In this document: positions 9,535 through 18,632 of the stretch, piece after piece
Layout of the letters: every line of letters begins with the position of its first letter
Position numbering within the stretch: the first letter of the stretch is position 1
Notes under the pieces: model-generated
What the model was told of the DNA's origin: nothing
Seen by the model: only the letters and a program-made list of their open reading frames with translations
Database searches by the model: none
Made by a program: the position numbers and the translations under genes
Source of the DNA: an uncultured Phycisphaerales bacterium
Lineage (GTDB): Bacteria > Planctomycetota > B15-G4
Direction: 5' to 3'
Assembly: GCA_964537035.1 (NCBI GenBank)
Contig: CAZIAK010000013.1
Coordinates: 4,826 to 68,825 of the forward strand
DNA length: 64,000 bases

Positions 9535-11381
9535 CGGGGCAGGATCCGACTGACGCACTGGGCGTTGGCGGCATCCACGCTCTCTGCCAGCGCGGCGCTG
9601 CCTGCCAAATGCTCGCCGTTCCCTGAAACAACCGCCAGGACCTCCAGGCGCCCGTCGAACCAACGAGCACCGGGGGACAACTCACTCGCCGCGATCGACT
9701 GAGCCTCTGCCAAGGAGAGCACCAGGTGATCACCCACGCCCCGCTCAAGCAGGGACGTCAGGGCGGGCTTCAGGATCGCCGGCCCCGTCCCCCGGGGCAG
9801 TTCGATCAGGGCGGGCTCTGACCAGGCCAACAGCTCGACGGGGCCCAAGACTGTCTGCGCGCCGTGCTCATGGAGCAGTGCGCGGGCGGCCCCCAAGGCG
9901 TTCCATGTGGCAGCCCGTTCACGCTCGACGTGATGACCAAAAGCGTCGTGTGCGAAGACGGTGGAGTGATACGCGGTTCCCGGCGGCGAACCGAGCATGA
10001 TCGCCGTGCCCAGCAGAGCCACGGGGATGCCGGACACCAGCACCAACCCCTGAACGCTCAGACGACCTCGGGCCCTGAAGCGAAACCACAACGGCAGGAC
10101 CACCAGCAGCGCTCCGCCGAACGCCAGGCCCCACCACCGTGTGGGGCGCGGGTCGCTCGACGTGCCGGTGAGGTCGTCGACAGTCCCTGCCAGCAGCACC
10201 AGCCAGCCGAGCACGACCAGCCCGCCCCATCGTCGCTGCCAGACCGTCGTCAGGCCCGCAGCCACGCGCACACCGAGCAACGCCAGCAGCGGCGTCAGCG
10301 TGACGAAGTAGCGCAACTTCGCCGCAGGCCAGAGCAAGGTCACCGCGCCCAGCGCGGCCAGGCAGACCAGCAGGGTGGCCAGGCGCACGTCGTGGCGGCG
10401 GCGAGCGGCGAGCACGAGGTCGGGCAAGCCCGCGAGCACCAGTGCTCCCAGGCAGGGCAAGGCCCAGAGGCCCGTGCTGGCCAGGTAGACCACGTTGCCC
10501 CGCACGAAACCCACCATGGCCCGGGCCAGATCGAGAATCGACAGTTCGCCCACCAGGCGGATCACCGGCCCGCCGACCTCCACCAGAAAGCTCGCCGGCA
10601 CCCCCGCCTTGTAGAGCAGGTAGGCGTTGTTGACGCTGTGGTTCGGCTGACCGAAAAGGGCGAAGTTACGCATCCACCAAGGCGCCAGGCAGAGGGCTGC
10701 CACGCCCATGGCCATGAGCCCCACTGCCCAGGCCTGACCGAACTCTCCCCGACGGGCGCAGGCCAGGCGCGCCACCAGGGGCACGGGCAGCAAGACCAAG
10801 GCCTGGTGATTGAGCAGGGCCGCCGCACCCAGCAGCAGACCCGCGCTCAGTCCCGTGCGCAAGACGGATCGACGGGGGGCTGCCACCGCTTCGATCAAGG
10901 CCAGGACCAGCGCGGCCTGGGCCGAGTAGAGCGAGCCGTTGCCACCGGCGTCCACCATGACGAACGACAGGGCCACCACGCCGGCTGCGCAAGCACCCAG
11001 ACCTGCGGGAGCGCCCGAGAGCCCTTCGGTGAGACGCTCGCCGCAGCGCCAGACCAGTAGCAGCAGGACCAGACTCGCCAGCCAGGACGCCAGACGCAGG
11101 CCGCTGAAGGCGTCGCCCGTGAGTGCGCTGAAGGCCGCCCCCACGAGGGGCCAGAGCGGTGGGTGCTGGTCGGCCCATCCCTGGGGCGGCACGGCGGTGT
11201 CTGCCCCCACGACCACGGGCACACCCCGCTCGAAGCCCGAGCGAAAGCCGTCGCCCTGGCTCAGCGATCGGGCCACGCCAACGTCGAGCACCACGTCGCC
11301 CCGGGGCACCTCGTGATGGCTGGCAGACAGGGCCCGCAACACCAGCCCGATCACCACCGCTGCCAGACCGATGCGGTTCAC
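9531..11381 (-). CDS. GT39/GT83-type (ArnT/PMT_2-like) membrane glycosyltransferase
   Basis: About 12 TM helices with an early periplasmic acidic loop (PRGDVVLDVGVARSL..GDGF), an ArnT/PMT-like architecture, and a C-terminal soluble domain. The GTG start overlaps the upstream stop (GTGA). Confidence 0.7.
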   Translation of the reverse strand: MNRIGLAAVVIGLVLRALSASHHEVPRGDVVLDVGVARSLSQGDGFRSGFERGVPVVVGADTAVPPQGWADQHPPLWPLVGAAFSALTGDAFSGLRLASWLASLVLLLLVWRCGERLTEGLSGAPAGLGACAAGVVALSFVMVDAGGNGSLYSAQAALVLALIEAVAAPRRSVLRTGLSAGLLLGAAALLNHQALVLLPVPLVARLACARRGEFGQAWAVGLMAMGVAALCLAPWWMRNFALFGQPNHSVNNAYLLYKAGVPASFLVEVGGPVIRLVGELSILDLARAMVGFVRGNVVYLASTGLWALPCLGALVLAGLPDLVLAARRRHDVRLATLLVCLAALGAVTLLWPAAKLRYFVTLTPLLALLGVRVAAGLTTVWQRRWGGLVVLGWLVLLAGTVDDLTGTSSDPRPTRWWGLAFGGALLVVLPLWFRFRARGRLSVQGLVLVSGIPVALLGTAIMLGSPPGTAYHSTVFAHDAFGHHVERERAATWNALGAARALLHEHGAQTVLGPVELLAWSEPALIELPRGTGPAILKPALTSLLERGVGDHLVLSLAEAQSIAASELSPGARWFDGRLEVLAVVSGNGEHLAGSAALAESVDAANAQCVSRILPR

Positions 11382-12178
11382 TGTGCTGACCCTCGAGGGG
11401 ACCGACCGTCACCCTCGGCCTCGCTCTCATCAGCGATCCGTTCCCGCAGCTCGGCAATCCGTTCGGCCAACAGGCGACGCTCTTCGCCGAAGCCCGTCTC
11501 GCCTGGCAGGGCCACCTCGATCAGCTCTTGCGCCTCGCGGAGATCACGATCTGCTGCGTAACCATCGCGGTCCAGATCCCAGGACGTGAAGCCCCGGTCG
11601 AGGAGCAGGTCGGCCAGGAGCAGCGCCGCCAGACGCGGGCTCCCCGCCAGGCGCAGCTCCTGGATGGCGATCTCTTCGGGCGGCGCGCCGAAGTACTCGC
11701 TGGCCACCTCCCAGAAGCGGGGATCGTTGCGACCTTGAATGGCCAGGAGCTGTCCCAAGGCTCCATGCAATCGTGGGTTCTCACCGAAGGCCTGGCCCTG
11801 CTCGAGCATGGACAAACCCGTGAGCACAAGCGCCCGATAGCGAGGCAGGTCAGGAGCCTGGGCGGCGTCGCTGAGAATCAGCCGGGTGGCCAGATGTTCG
11901 CGGACCACGGACAGGCCAGGGTGCAGCGCCAGCAAGGCCTGGGACAGCGGCGCCGCGGTGGTCACGTCGCCCGCGCGACGTTGCAGCTGCAGTCGCTCCC
12001 AGAGCAAGGCCGAGAGCACGGCCTTTGCCGGGCCCAGGGGCGTCAGGGCCACGGCCAGGGGTGCCTCGGCTGCGCGGACATCCAGTGCCTCGCCGTCGTC
12101 GCTGCTGCTCGGCGCAACAGCGCTCGCTCCCACCAGCAAGACCAGCCCGGCCACCGTGCTCAGCGAGGGCCAGCTCAT
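11378..12178 (-). CDS. Secreted/periplasmic helical protein, unknown function
   Basis: Signal peptide MSWPSLSTVAGLVLLVGASAVA followed by an alpha-helical, acidic C-terminus. The ATG at 12178 overlaps the upstream stop (ATGA). Confidence 0.6.
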   Translation of the reverse strand: MSWPSLSTVAGLVLLVGASAVAPSSSDDGEALDVRAAEAPLAVALTPLGPAKAVLSALLWERLQLQRRAGDVTTAAPLSQALLALHPGLSVVREHLATRLILSDAAQAPDLPRYRALVLTGLSMLEQGQAFGENPRLHGALGQLLAIQGRNDPRFWEVASEYFGAPPEEIAIQELRLAGSPRLAALLLADLLLDRGFTSWDLDRDGYAADRDLREAQELIEVALPGETGFGEERRLLAERIAELRERIADESEAEGDGRSPRGSAQ

Positions 12179-13104
12179 GGCAAGGCCTGCCGGCGGACCA
12201 GGCTCGTGCCCAGAGCGGCGAAGCCCACGAGCAGCACCATGATCAAGGTCGCGCCCCAACCCGGGGGCATGGTGGCCGTGAGGGCCAGAAGCCCCGCCAG
12301 GCACGCGGTCTCGAAGCGAAACGCAGAGGAGAACGACAGCACCGCCAGCAGGGCGAAACCCAAGCGGGCCAGGGTCTGCTCCGAGAGACCCAGACCACCG
12401 CTGCCCAGGGTGGTGGTGCCAACGGTCAGCCGAGGTGACGCAGCACCCAGGGTCAGATCGTCCAGGGGCCGCAGGGTGATGTAGAGGCCGCCCCGAGCCG
12501 GAGCCAGGTCAGAGAGCACCACGGTGTGGCTGGCTGCCGTGCGCAGACGGACGGTGAGGCGCTGCTCGTCGTCGCCCCGCCGAGAGATCACCGCCAGACG
12601 TCCGCTGCCAACCAAGGGCAACCAGGTCGAGACGGTCAGATCGAAGGGACCGCTCACCCCCGTGGGCAGATCGAAACGCCACTCGCCGCCACCGTCGGGG
12701 TGCGAACCCATGGCCCGGCCGCTGACCACCCAGGGCACAGCGCGGGAAGCCGACAGCTCCCGAGCCAGAGACGAGATGACCAGGGCCAGGAGCAGAGCCG
12801 CCACCGTGCAACCCACCAGGCGGCCCACCGTCCAGCTCACCGACGCCATGGGGCGGCAAGCTTGCAGCTGCTCGTAGCCACCCAGGCGGTCGGCGCTGAT
12901 CTGGCCAGCCACCAGGGGCAGGACCACCAGGGCCACCAAGGTCGCCACCAAGACCTGGTAGGTGTCCTGGGCCAGGCTCGCTGCCGGCAGTCCCCGCACC
13001 ACCAGCCCGGCCAACAAGCCCGCCGCGACCGCCAGCAACAGGTTGCGCAGGGAGAGCAGCCGCCGAAAGGTCGCCCCCGCCACCAGTAGCGCGGTCAGGC
13101 TCAC
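12175..13104 (-). CDS. Integral membrane protein, putative ABC-transporter permease partner
   Basis: Hydrophobic helices at both ends flank a soluble loop of about 110 aa. Translationally coupled (GTGA) to the ABC ATPase immediately upstream. Confidence 0.6.
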   Translation of the reverse strand: MSLTALLVAGATFRRLLSLRNLLLAVAAGLLAGLVVRGLPAASLAQDTYQVLVATLVALVVLPLVAGQISADRLGGYEQLQACRPMASVSWTVGRLVGCTVAALLLALVISSLARELSASRAVPWVVSGRAMGSHPDGGGEWRFDLPTGVSGPFDLTVSTWLPLVGSGRLAVISRRGDDEQRLTVRLRTAASHTVVLSDLAPARGGLYITLRPLDDLTLGAASPRLTVGTTTLGSGGLGLSEQTLARLGFALLAVLSFSSAFRFETACLAGLLALTATMPPGWGATLIMVLLVGFAALGTSLVRRQALP

Positions 13105-13823
13105 GAGGCGCTGCCCAGCAATGCGGCCAGGCCAGCCTCGGAGCCCGCATCTGCCAGCACGTCGTCGGCCGGTCCTACGGCGGCCACCCGGCCGTCCCGC
13201 AACACCATGATGTGACTGCAGAGCCGAGCCAGATCGTCGACCCGATGACTGGCCAGGACGATGCCTGCGCCCGCGGTGAGGCGCAGGCCCAGGTCGGCTC
13301 TGAGGCGGTGCAGCACCAGCGAGTCGAGCGCGCCGAAGGGCTCGTCGAGCAGCAGCACCGGCGGGTCGTCGAGCAACGCCTGGGCGATGACCACCCGGCG
13401 GGACTGTCCCAAGGAGAGGCTGCCCAGGCGACGGCCCAGCAGGTCGCTCAGCCCGAGCAGTTCGGCCACCCGATCGACCCGACCCACGATGTCTCGCATG
13501 GTGGCCATGGCGGCAAGCTCGATGAGCACATCATTCACCGTGAGCGCCGCCGGCCACTGCATGGTCTCGGGCACATATCCCGTGAGACGACGCGCCGCTC
13601 GAGTACCCGCGGCCTGGTCGAGCACGGTGACCGAGCCTGTGAGCGGCGTGGCCAGACCAGCGAGCACGCGGAGCAAGGTCGACTTTCCCGAGCCGTTGGG
13701 CCCCAGCAGCCCCCAGCACTGTCCCGCCGAAAGCGAGAGATCGACGTCGACGAGGGAGAGCGCCCGCCGTTGCCAAGCTCGGCGGTAGGCGTGAGAGAGT
13801 CGCGTTGCCGACAGCAGGGCCAT
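13101..13823 (-). CDS. ABC transporter ATP-binding protein
   Basis: Walker A GPNGSGKST, signature LSLGQ, Walker B LLLDEP, H-loop ASH. Start trimmed to MALLSATRLSHAY (ATG at 13823); the ATG at 13901 is possible. Confidence 0.9.
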   Translation of the reverse strand: MALLSATRLSHAYRRAWQRRALSLVDVDLSLSAGQCWGLLGPNGSGKSTLLRVLAGLATPLTGSVTVLDQAAGTRAARRLTGYVPETMQWPAALTVNDVLIELAAMATMRDIVGRVDRVAELLGLSDLLGRRLGSLSLGQSRRVVIAQALLDDPPVLLLDEPFGALDSLVLHRLRADLGLRLTAGAGIVLASHRVDDLARLCSHIMVLRDGRVAAVGPADDVLADAGSEAGLAALLGSAS

Positions 13824-13958
13824 GATCGCGGCGAGTCTAGCACTCCCGGGCGATCGATCGGCTGATTGGCCCCGGCCAGTGAGTTCACCGAGGCTCTCCA
13901 AGGCTCAGCTGGGGCCGCGCTGTGCCCTGGCTTGCCCACAGCTTGCTAGGCTGCGCCC

Positions 13959-14579
13959 ATGTGGTCCTTGGTGACATCTGGCGGCCAGCGTTTGCCCATC
14001 CGCTCCCTGCCCTCCGTGGTGGGCCGGCACGAGTCCGCGGACATCGTGCTCCCCCACCCATCCATCGAGCCCCACCACGCCCGGCTGACCCTGGCGGACG
14101 ACGGCTCCCTGTTTCTCACCGTCCTCGAGGGAGCCCTGGTCGAGGTGGCTGGCTGGCGCCTCGACGAGGGCGTGCTGATCCATGGCGATGAGCTGCTCAT
14201 CGGCACGGTGACCCTGCGCGTCGTCGACGACGCGGCGCCGGTGGCTCCCGAGGCGGCGAGCCGGCGGGCAGGGCCTGATCACGAGGTGCCGGACCCCACG
14301 CCGACCCAGCAGCGCGAGTCGAGTGCGGACACGCTCCAGCTGCGCCGCCCTCCCCGCCATCCTCAGGCCGAGAAGCCGACCCAGGCCATCCCCCGCACGC
14401 CCCGTCGGCACTCGGTGCAGCCCGTGCGCAACCCGCAGTCCGCAGGCAAGAGCGGTCTGCTCCATGCCGACCTGACTCAGCTGGCCGGGGGCCAGAAGGC
14501 GTTGCTCATAGGCGGCCTGCTGATCGTGTGCGCCGCCCTGGTCTGGGGACTGGCGGTGTGGGTGCCCATGGTGTTGTGA
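13959..14579 (+). CDS. FHA-domain protein with C-terminal transmembrane anchor
   Basis: FHA core (SVVGRHESADIVLPHPSIEPHHARL...LEGALVEVAG), a Pro/Arg-rich linker, and a C-terminal TM helix (LLIGGLLIVCAALVWGLAVWV). Confidence 0.85.
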   Translation: MWSLVTSGGQRLPIRSLPSVVGRHESADIVLPHPSIEPHHARLTLADDGSLFLTVLEGALVEVAGWRLDEGVLIHGDELLIGTVTLRVVDDAAPVAPEAASRRAGPDHEVPDPTPTQQRESSADTLQLRRPPRHPQAEKPTQAIPRTPRRHSVQPVRNPQSAGKSGLLHADLTQLAGGQKALLIGGLLIVCAALVWGLAVWVPMVL

Positions 14580-14587
14580 AGCGGCCG

Positions 14588-17473
14588 ATGACAGACGACC
14601 CTCCCACCACCACCGCGCCGCAATCGTTCTTTCGACAGCGGAGCGATGACAGTGACCCGAGCGGCGGCACGTCCACACCAGCCATGGCGCTCGATCAGGT
14701 GCTCGGCGACTTTCGTCTCGTGCGCAAGCTCGGCGAAGGGGGCATGGGGCAGGTGTGGGAGGCGGAGCAGATCTCTCTCGGTCGCTCCGTGGCCCTGAAG
14801 CTCATGCCTTCAGACAGGGTGCTCTCAGAAGTGCAGCTGGCCCTGTTCGAGCGGGAGGCCCAGGCGGGCGGACGGCTGCACCACCCCAACATCGTCTCCG
14901 TGCTGGCCTACGGCGAGACGGACGGCATGCCCTTCATCGCCCAAGAGCTGGTGGGCAACGGGCGCACGTTGAAGGATGTGATCCAGGAGGCTCGCCTGGG
15001 CCATGAGGTCGCCGACGACTGGTACCAGCGCATCGCGACCTTCTTCTCTTCCTGCGCCAGCGCGCTGCAGGTGGCCCATGATGCGGGGGTCGTGCACCGC
15101 GACCTCAAGCCGGCCAACATCCTGGTGGCCACCAACGACCGGCCCATGATCGCCGACTTTGGCCTGGCCCGGGTGAGTGGCGTGGCGTCCATCTCGCGCA
15201 CGGGAGAACTGGCGGGCAGCTACTGCTACATGAGCCCCGAGCAGACCATGGCCAAGCGCATCGAGGTCGACGAGCGCACGGACATCTTCAGCCTGGGCAC
15301 CACGCTCTACGAAGCGCTCACCCTGCAGCGGGCGTTCGACGGCGACAGCCAGCAACAGATCTCTCAGGGCATTCTGTGGACGGACCCACCAGACCCGCGC
15401 ACGGTGCGCTCGAAGGTGCCCCGAGACCTGGCCGTGATCTGCGCCAAGGCCATGGAGAAGCGGCCCCGGGATCGCTACCCGTCCATGGCCGAGCTCGCCG
15501 CCGACCTGGAACGCACCCTGGCCCACCAACCGATCCGTGCTCGACCTGCGGGCCCTCTGCTCCGTGCAGGCAAGTGGGCCCGCCGCCATCCCACAAGGAG
15601 TGTGGCCGTGACCCTGACCGGCGTGGCCCTGGTGGCCATCTCGCTGCTGGCCCTGCAGCTCGAGGACACGGCGAGCGCCCTGGCAGAACGCAACACCGAA
15701 CTCATCTCCACCGTGGCCACGAGAGATGCAGCCCTCGTTGAGATGGAGAACCAGCGTGACCGGGCGGACGCCAATGCCACCACGGCCCGAACCCACGCCG
15801 AGCAGGCCACCGTTGCAGCCGCCCGGGCAGAGGCCGAGCGCGCCAACGTCTTGCGGCTGTCCGCCTTTCAGGACCTGCAAGACTTGCAAGGAGAGGCGGA
15901 CAGCCTGTGGCCCAGCACCCCTGCGCTCATCGGCAGGTACGACGCCTGGATCGCACGGGCGCGCACCTTGGTCGCAGGGCTTGAGCCGTCTCTCACGGGG
16001 AACGACGTGGGCCATCGGGCACAGCTGCTGGCGATCCGCGAGCGGGCCTTGCCCTACAGCGAGGCCGACCGGGAGAGCGACCGACTCACACACCCTGCGT
16101 ACGCCGAGTGGAAGCGCACGGGTGACACGATCACGCAGACCCAAGAGGGGCTGGCGGCTTTTCGAGCTGGCCTGGGCGCCTCAGAGCCGAGCGCAGACCA
16201 GGCGAGCATGATCGCCATGGTCGAACAACAACTCGAGCTGGCGCGAGAGCAGCTCTCCGAGCTGAACGCAGCGATCCACAAGCGCAGGACGTTCGCCTTC
16301 GTCTCCGCCGATGACAGGTGGTGGCACAACCAGCTGACCCACCTGATCGACGAGATCGACGCCTTCGCCAGTCAAGAGACAGGCTTGCTCAACGGGCTGT
16401 CCCCTCGTTACGGCTGGGGCGTGGCACGCCGTCGAGCCTTCGCGGAGACGGTCGCTGCCCAGACCCTCAGCGGCCCTGAAGCCCGGGCCCGCTGGTCGGC
16501 CGCCCTCGCGTCCATTGCTGATCGCCAGCAGTGCCCGCAGTACGACGGGCTGAAGCTCTCGCCACAGGTAGGCCTGTTGCCCATGGGTCGGGACGCCGCA
16601 TCGGGCCTGTGGGAGTTCTGGCACGTGCAGTCTGGCGACGAACCCCGGCGCGGCGCCGACGGCCAGCTGCAGCTCACCGACACCACGGGCCTCGTGCTGG
16701 TGCTCATCCCCGCTGGCAGCTTCTGGATGGGCGGGCAGGCTGACGACCCGGCCGGTCAGAACTACGACCCGAGCGCTGAAGACGATGAAGGCCCGGTGCA
16801 CAGGGTCAGCCTGTCGCCGTACCTGATCTCCAAGTACGAGATGACCCAGGGGCAGTGGACGGCCTTCGTAGGCCACAACCCGAGCAACGACAACGCCACC
16901 AGCTACTCGTCCCAATGGAACCGCGAGGGCCAGCCCTGGTCTGCCCTGCATCCGGTCGAGCAGGTGAGCTGGGACGACGCGCTCACCGTGCTCCCCCGGC
17001 TCGGCCTGACCTTGCCCACCGAGGCCCAGTGGGAGTACGCCTGCCGCGCGGGCACGGAGACGGTGCACTGGAGCGGCGACGACACGACCTCGTTGCAGGG
17101 AGTGGCCAACGTCTCGGACGCTTTCGCCCACGAGAACGGCGGGGCTGGCTGGACCACCTGGGAACCTGGCCTGGACGACGGTCAGACCTCTGCCGCAGAA
17201 GTGGGCCTGTTTCGTGCCAATCCCTTCGGGCTCCACGACATGCACGGCAACCTGTGGGAGTGGTGCATGGACGGCTACGACGCCGCGTTCTACGCGGGCG
17301 GGTCATCGCTCGACCCGCTCAGCGACCCGGCGGGCAAGCGCAATCGCCTCTACCGCGGGGGCAGCTTCAGCAACTCCGCCGCCAGCACACGCTCGTCAGA
17401 CCGCTACGGCGACACGCCGAACGACCGGGACGACTACCTGGGCATCCGACCCGCCCGAGCCCTGTCGCCCTAG
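14588..17473 (+). CDS. Ser/Thr protein kinase fused to a coiled-coil region and a C-terminal FGE-sulfatase (SUMF1-like) domain
   Basis: Hanks kinase motifs GEGGMGQV, VALK, HRDLKPANILV, DFGLAR and SPEQ, then one TM helix. The C-terminus has FGE-family motifs (GLHDMHGNLWEWCMD, RLYRGGSF, YLGIRPAR). Start trimmed to the ATG at 14588, just after the FHA stop. Confidence 0.9.
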   Translation: MTDDPPTTTAPQSFFRQRSDDSDPSGGTSTPAMALDQVLGDFRLVRKLGEGGMGQVWEAEQISLGRSVALKLMPSDRVLSEVQLALFEREAQAGGRLHHPNIVSVLAYGETDGMPFIAQELVGNGRTLKDVIQEARLGHEVADDWYQRIATFFSSCASALQVAHDAGVVHRDLKPANILVATNDRPMIADFGLARVSGVASISRTGELAGSYCYMSPEQTMAKRIEVDERTDIFSLGTTLYEALTLQRAFDGDSQQQISQGILWTDPPDPRTVRSKVPRDLAVICAKAMEKRPRDRYPSMAELAADLERTLAHQPIRARPAGPLLRAGKWARRHPTRSVAVTLTGVALVAISLLALQLEDTASALAERNTELISTVATRDAALVEMENQRDRADANATTARTHAEQATVAAARAEAERANVLRLSAFQDLQDLQGEADSLWPSTPALIGRYDAWIARARTLVAGLEPSLTGNDVGHRAQLLAIRERALPYSEADRESDRLTHPAYAEWKRTGDTITQTQEGLAAFRAGLGASEPSADQASMIAMVEQQLELAREQLSELNAAIHKRRTFAFVSADDRWWHNQLTHLIDEIDAFASQETGLLNGLSPRYGWGVARRRAFAETVAAQTLSGPEARARWSAALASIADRQQCPQYDGLKLSPQVGLLPMGRDAASGLWEFWHVQSGDEPRRGADGQLQLTDTTGLVLVLIPAGSFWMGGQADDPAGQNYDPSAEDDEGPVHRVSLSPYLISKYEMTQGQWTAFVGHNPSNDNATSYSSQWNREGQPWSALHPVEQVSWDDALTVLPRLGLTLPTEAQWEYACRAGTETVHWSGDDTTSLQGVANVSDAFAHENGGAGWTTWEPGLDDGQTSAAEVGLFRANPFGLHDMHGNLWEWCMDGYDAAFYAGGSSLDPLSDPAGKRNRLYRGGSFSNSAASTRSSDRYGDTPNDRDDYLGIRPARALSP

Positions 17474-17510
17474 CAGTGTGCTCGGCGCCGGTCACTCTCG
17501 GCTCGGGCTG

Positions 17511-18632
17511 CTAGGCCCCGGGCCGGTCGGCCAAGCTCTCCCAGAGCTGCTCCAGCTTCGCCGCTTGCTCGTCCCAGCTGAAGTCCATGGCCCGCTCGAA
17601 GCCTGCGTGACTCAAGCGCGCTCGGGTGGCCCCCGGCTGCACCGCCGCCACCAAGGCCGCGCCAGCCGCCTGGGCGTCACCCGGCGGCACGAGCAGGGCC
17701 GCGTCGCCGCAGGTCTCCGGGAAGGCACCCGCAGCCACGGCGACCACGGGCAGGCCCAGCTCCATGGCGTCGAGGGCCGGGATCGAGAAGCCCTCGTGCC
17801 GTCCCGCGAGCAGCAGCGCCTCGGCTCCCGACATGGCGGTGGACAGCTCGTCGTCGCTGAGAAAACCGGTGATGGCCACGGCCTTCTCCAAACCCAGGCG
17901 GCGTGCGGCACGAGCCACGGTCAGCGCCTGCTCCGGGTCTGCGCGACCGGCGAAGACCAGAGCCAGGTCAGCACACTGAGGATGGGCCCGGGCGGCGGCG
18001 AGCGCAGCCAGCATGTCCCCCACGGCCTTGTGGGCTTCGAGGGGGCCGATGGTCAGCACGTAGCGCTGGTTAAGGCCCATGCGTCTTCGGAAGTCTGCCA
18101 GCCGGGCCACGTCGTCGGTGCGTCTCAGCCCCGGCGTGGGACCATTGGTGACCACGTGCACCCGCGACGGATCGGCCAGGCCGTGAGCCAGCACTCCGTC
18201 GGCAGTGGTCTGGGAGACGGCGATGACCGCGTCGACCCGGCGCAGGTTGGCGGACAGGCACCGCGCCGCCCACAGGCGACGCAGCCATGAGACGCCAGGG
18301 TCCTGTTGCAAGAAGCGCAGGTCGTGCAGGGTGAGAGTCACGGGCACCGCGCTCACCCGGGCCACGGGCAGGGCCCCCAGAGCCAGCACTTCGGCGCCGG
18401 TGCTCTGCAGCAGCGCAGCCAGGCGGCGTCCCGAGCGCAGGCGTCCCCACGGGGTGTCCATGCCGGGGCAAGGCAGGCAGGACAGTCCTGGCAAGGGGTC
18501 GATGTCGGGGCGCACAAGGTGCAGCACGTCCACCTTGCAGTGCCTGAGGAGTGCGGCCCCCAGGCCCTTGAGTCTCGTGGCCGCGCCCGACGGCTGACCA
18601 TCGAGCATGGTGGCGTCCACCAGGACCGTCAT
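17511..18632 (-). CDS. Glycosyltransferase family 4 (GT-B)
   Basis: EX7E region LLAGRHEGFSIPALDAMELGLPVVA. The ATG overlaps the upstream stop (ATGA). Confidence 0.85.
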   Translation of the reverse strand: MTVLVDATMLDGQPSGAATRLKGLGAALLRHCKVDVLHLVRPDIDPLPGLSCLPCPGMDTPWGRLRSGRRLAALLQSTGAEVLALGALPVARVSAVPVTLTLHDLRFLQQDPGVSWLRRLWAARCLSANLRRVDAVIAVSQTTADGVLAHGLADPSRVHVVTNGPTPGLRRTDDVARLADFRRRMGLNQRYVLTIGPLEAHKAVGDMLAALAAARAHPQCADLALVFAGRADPEQALTVARAARRLGLEKAVAITGFLSDDELSTAMSGAEALLLAGRHEGFSIPALDAMELGLPVVAVAAGAFPETCGDAALLVPPGDAQAAGAALVAAVQPGATRARLSHAGFERAMDFSWDEQAAKLEQLWESLADRPGA

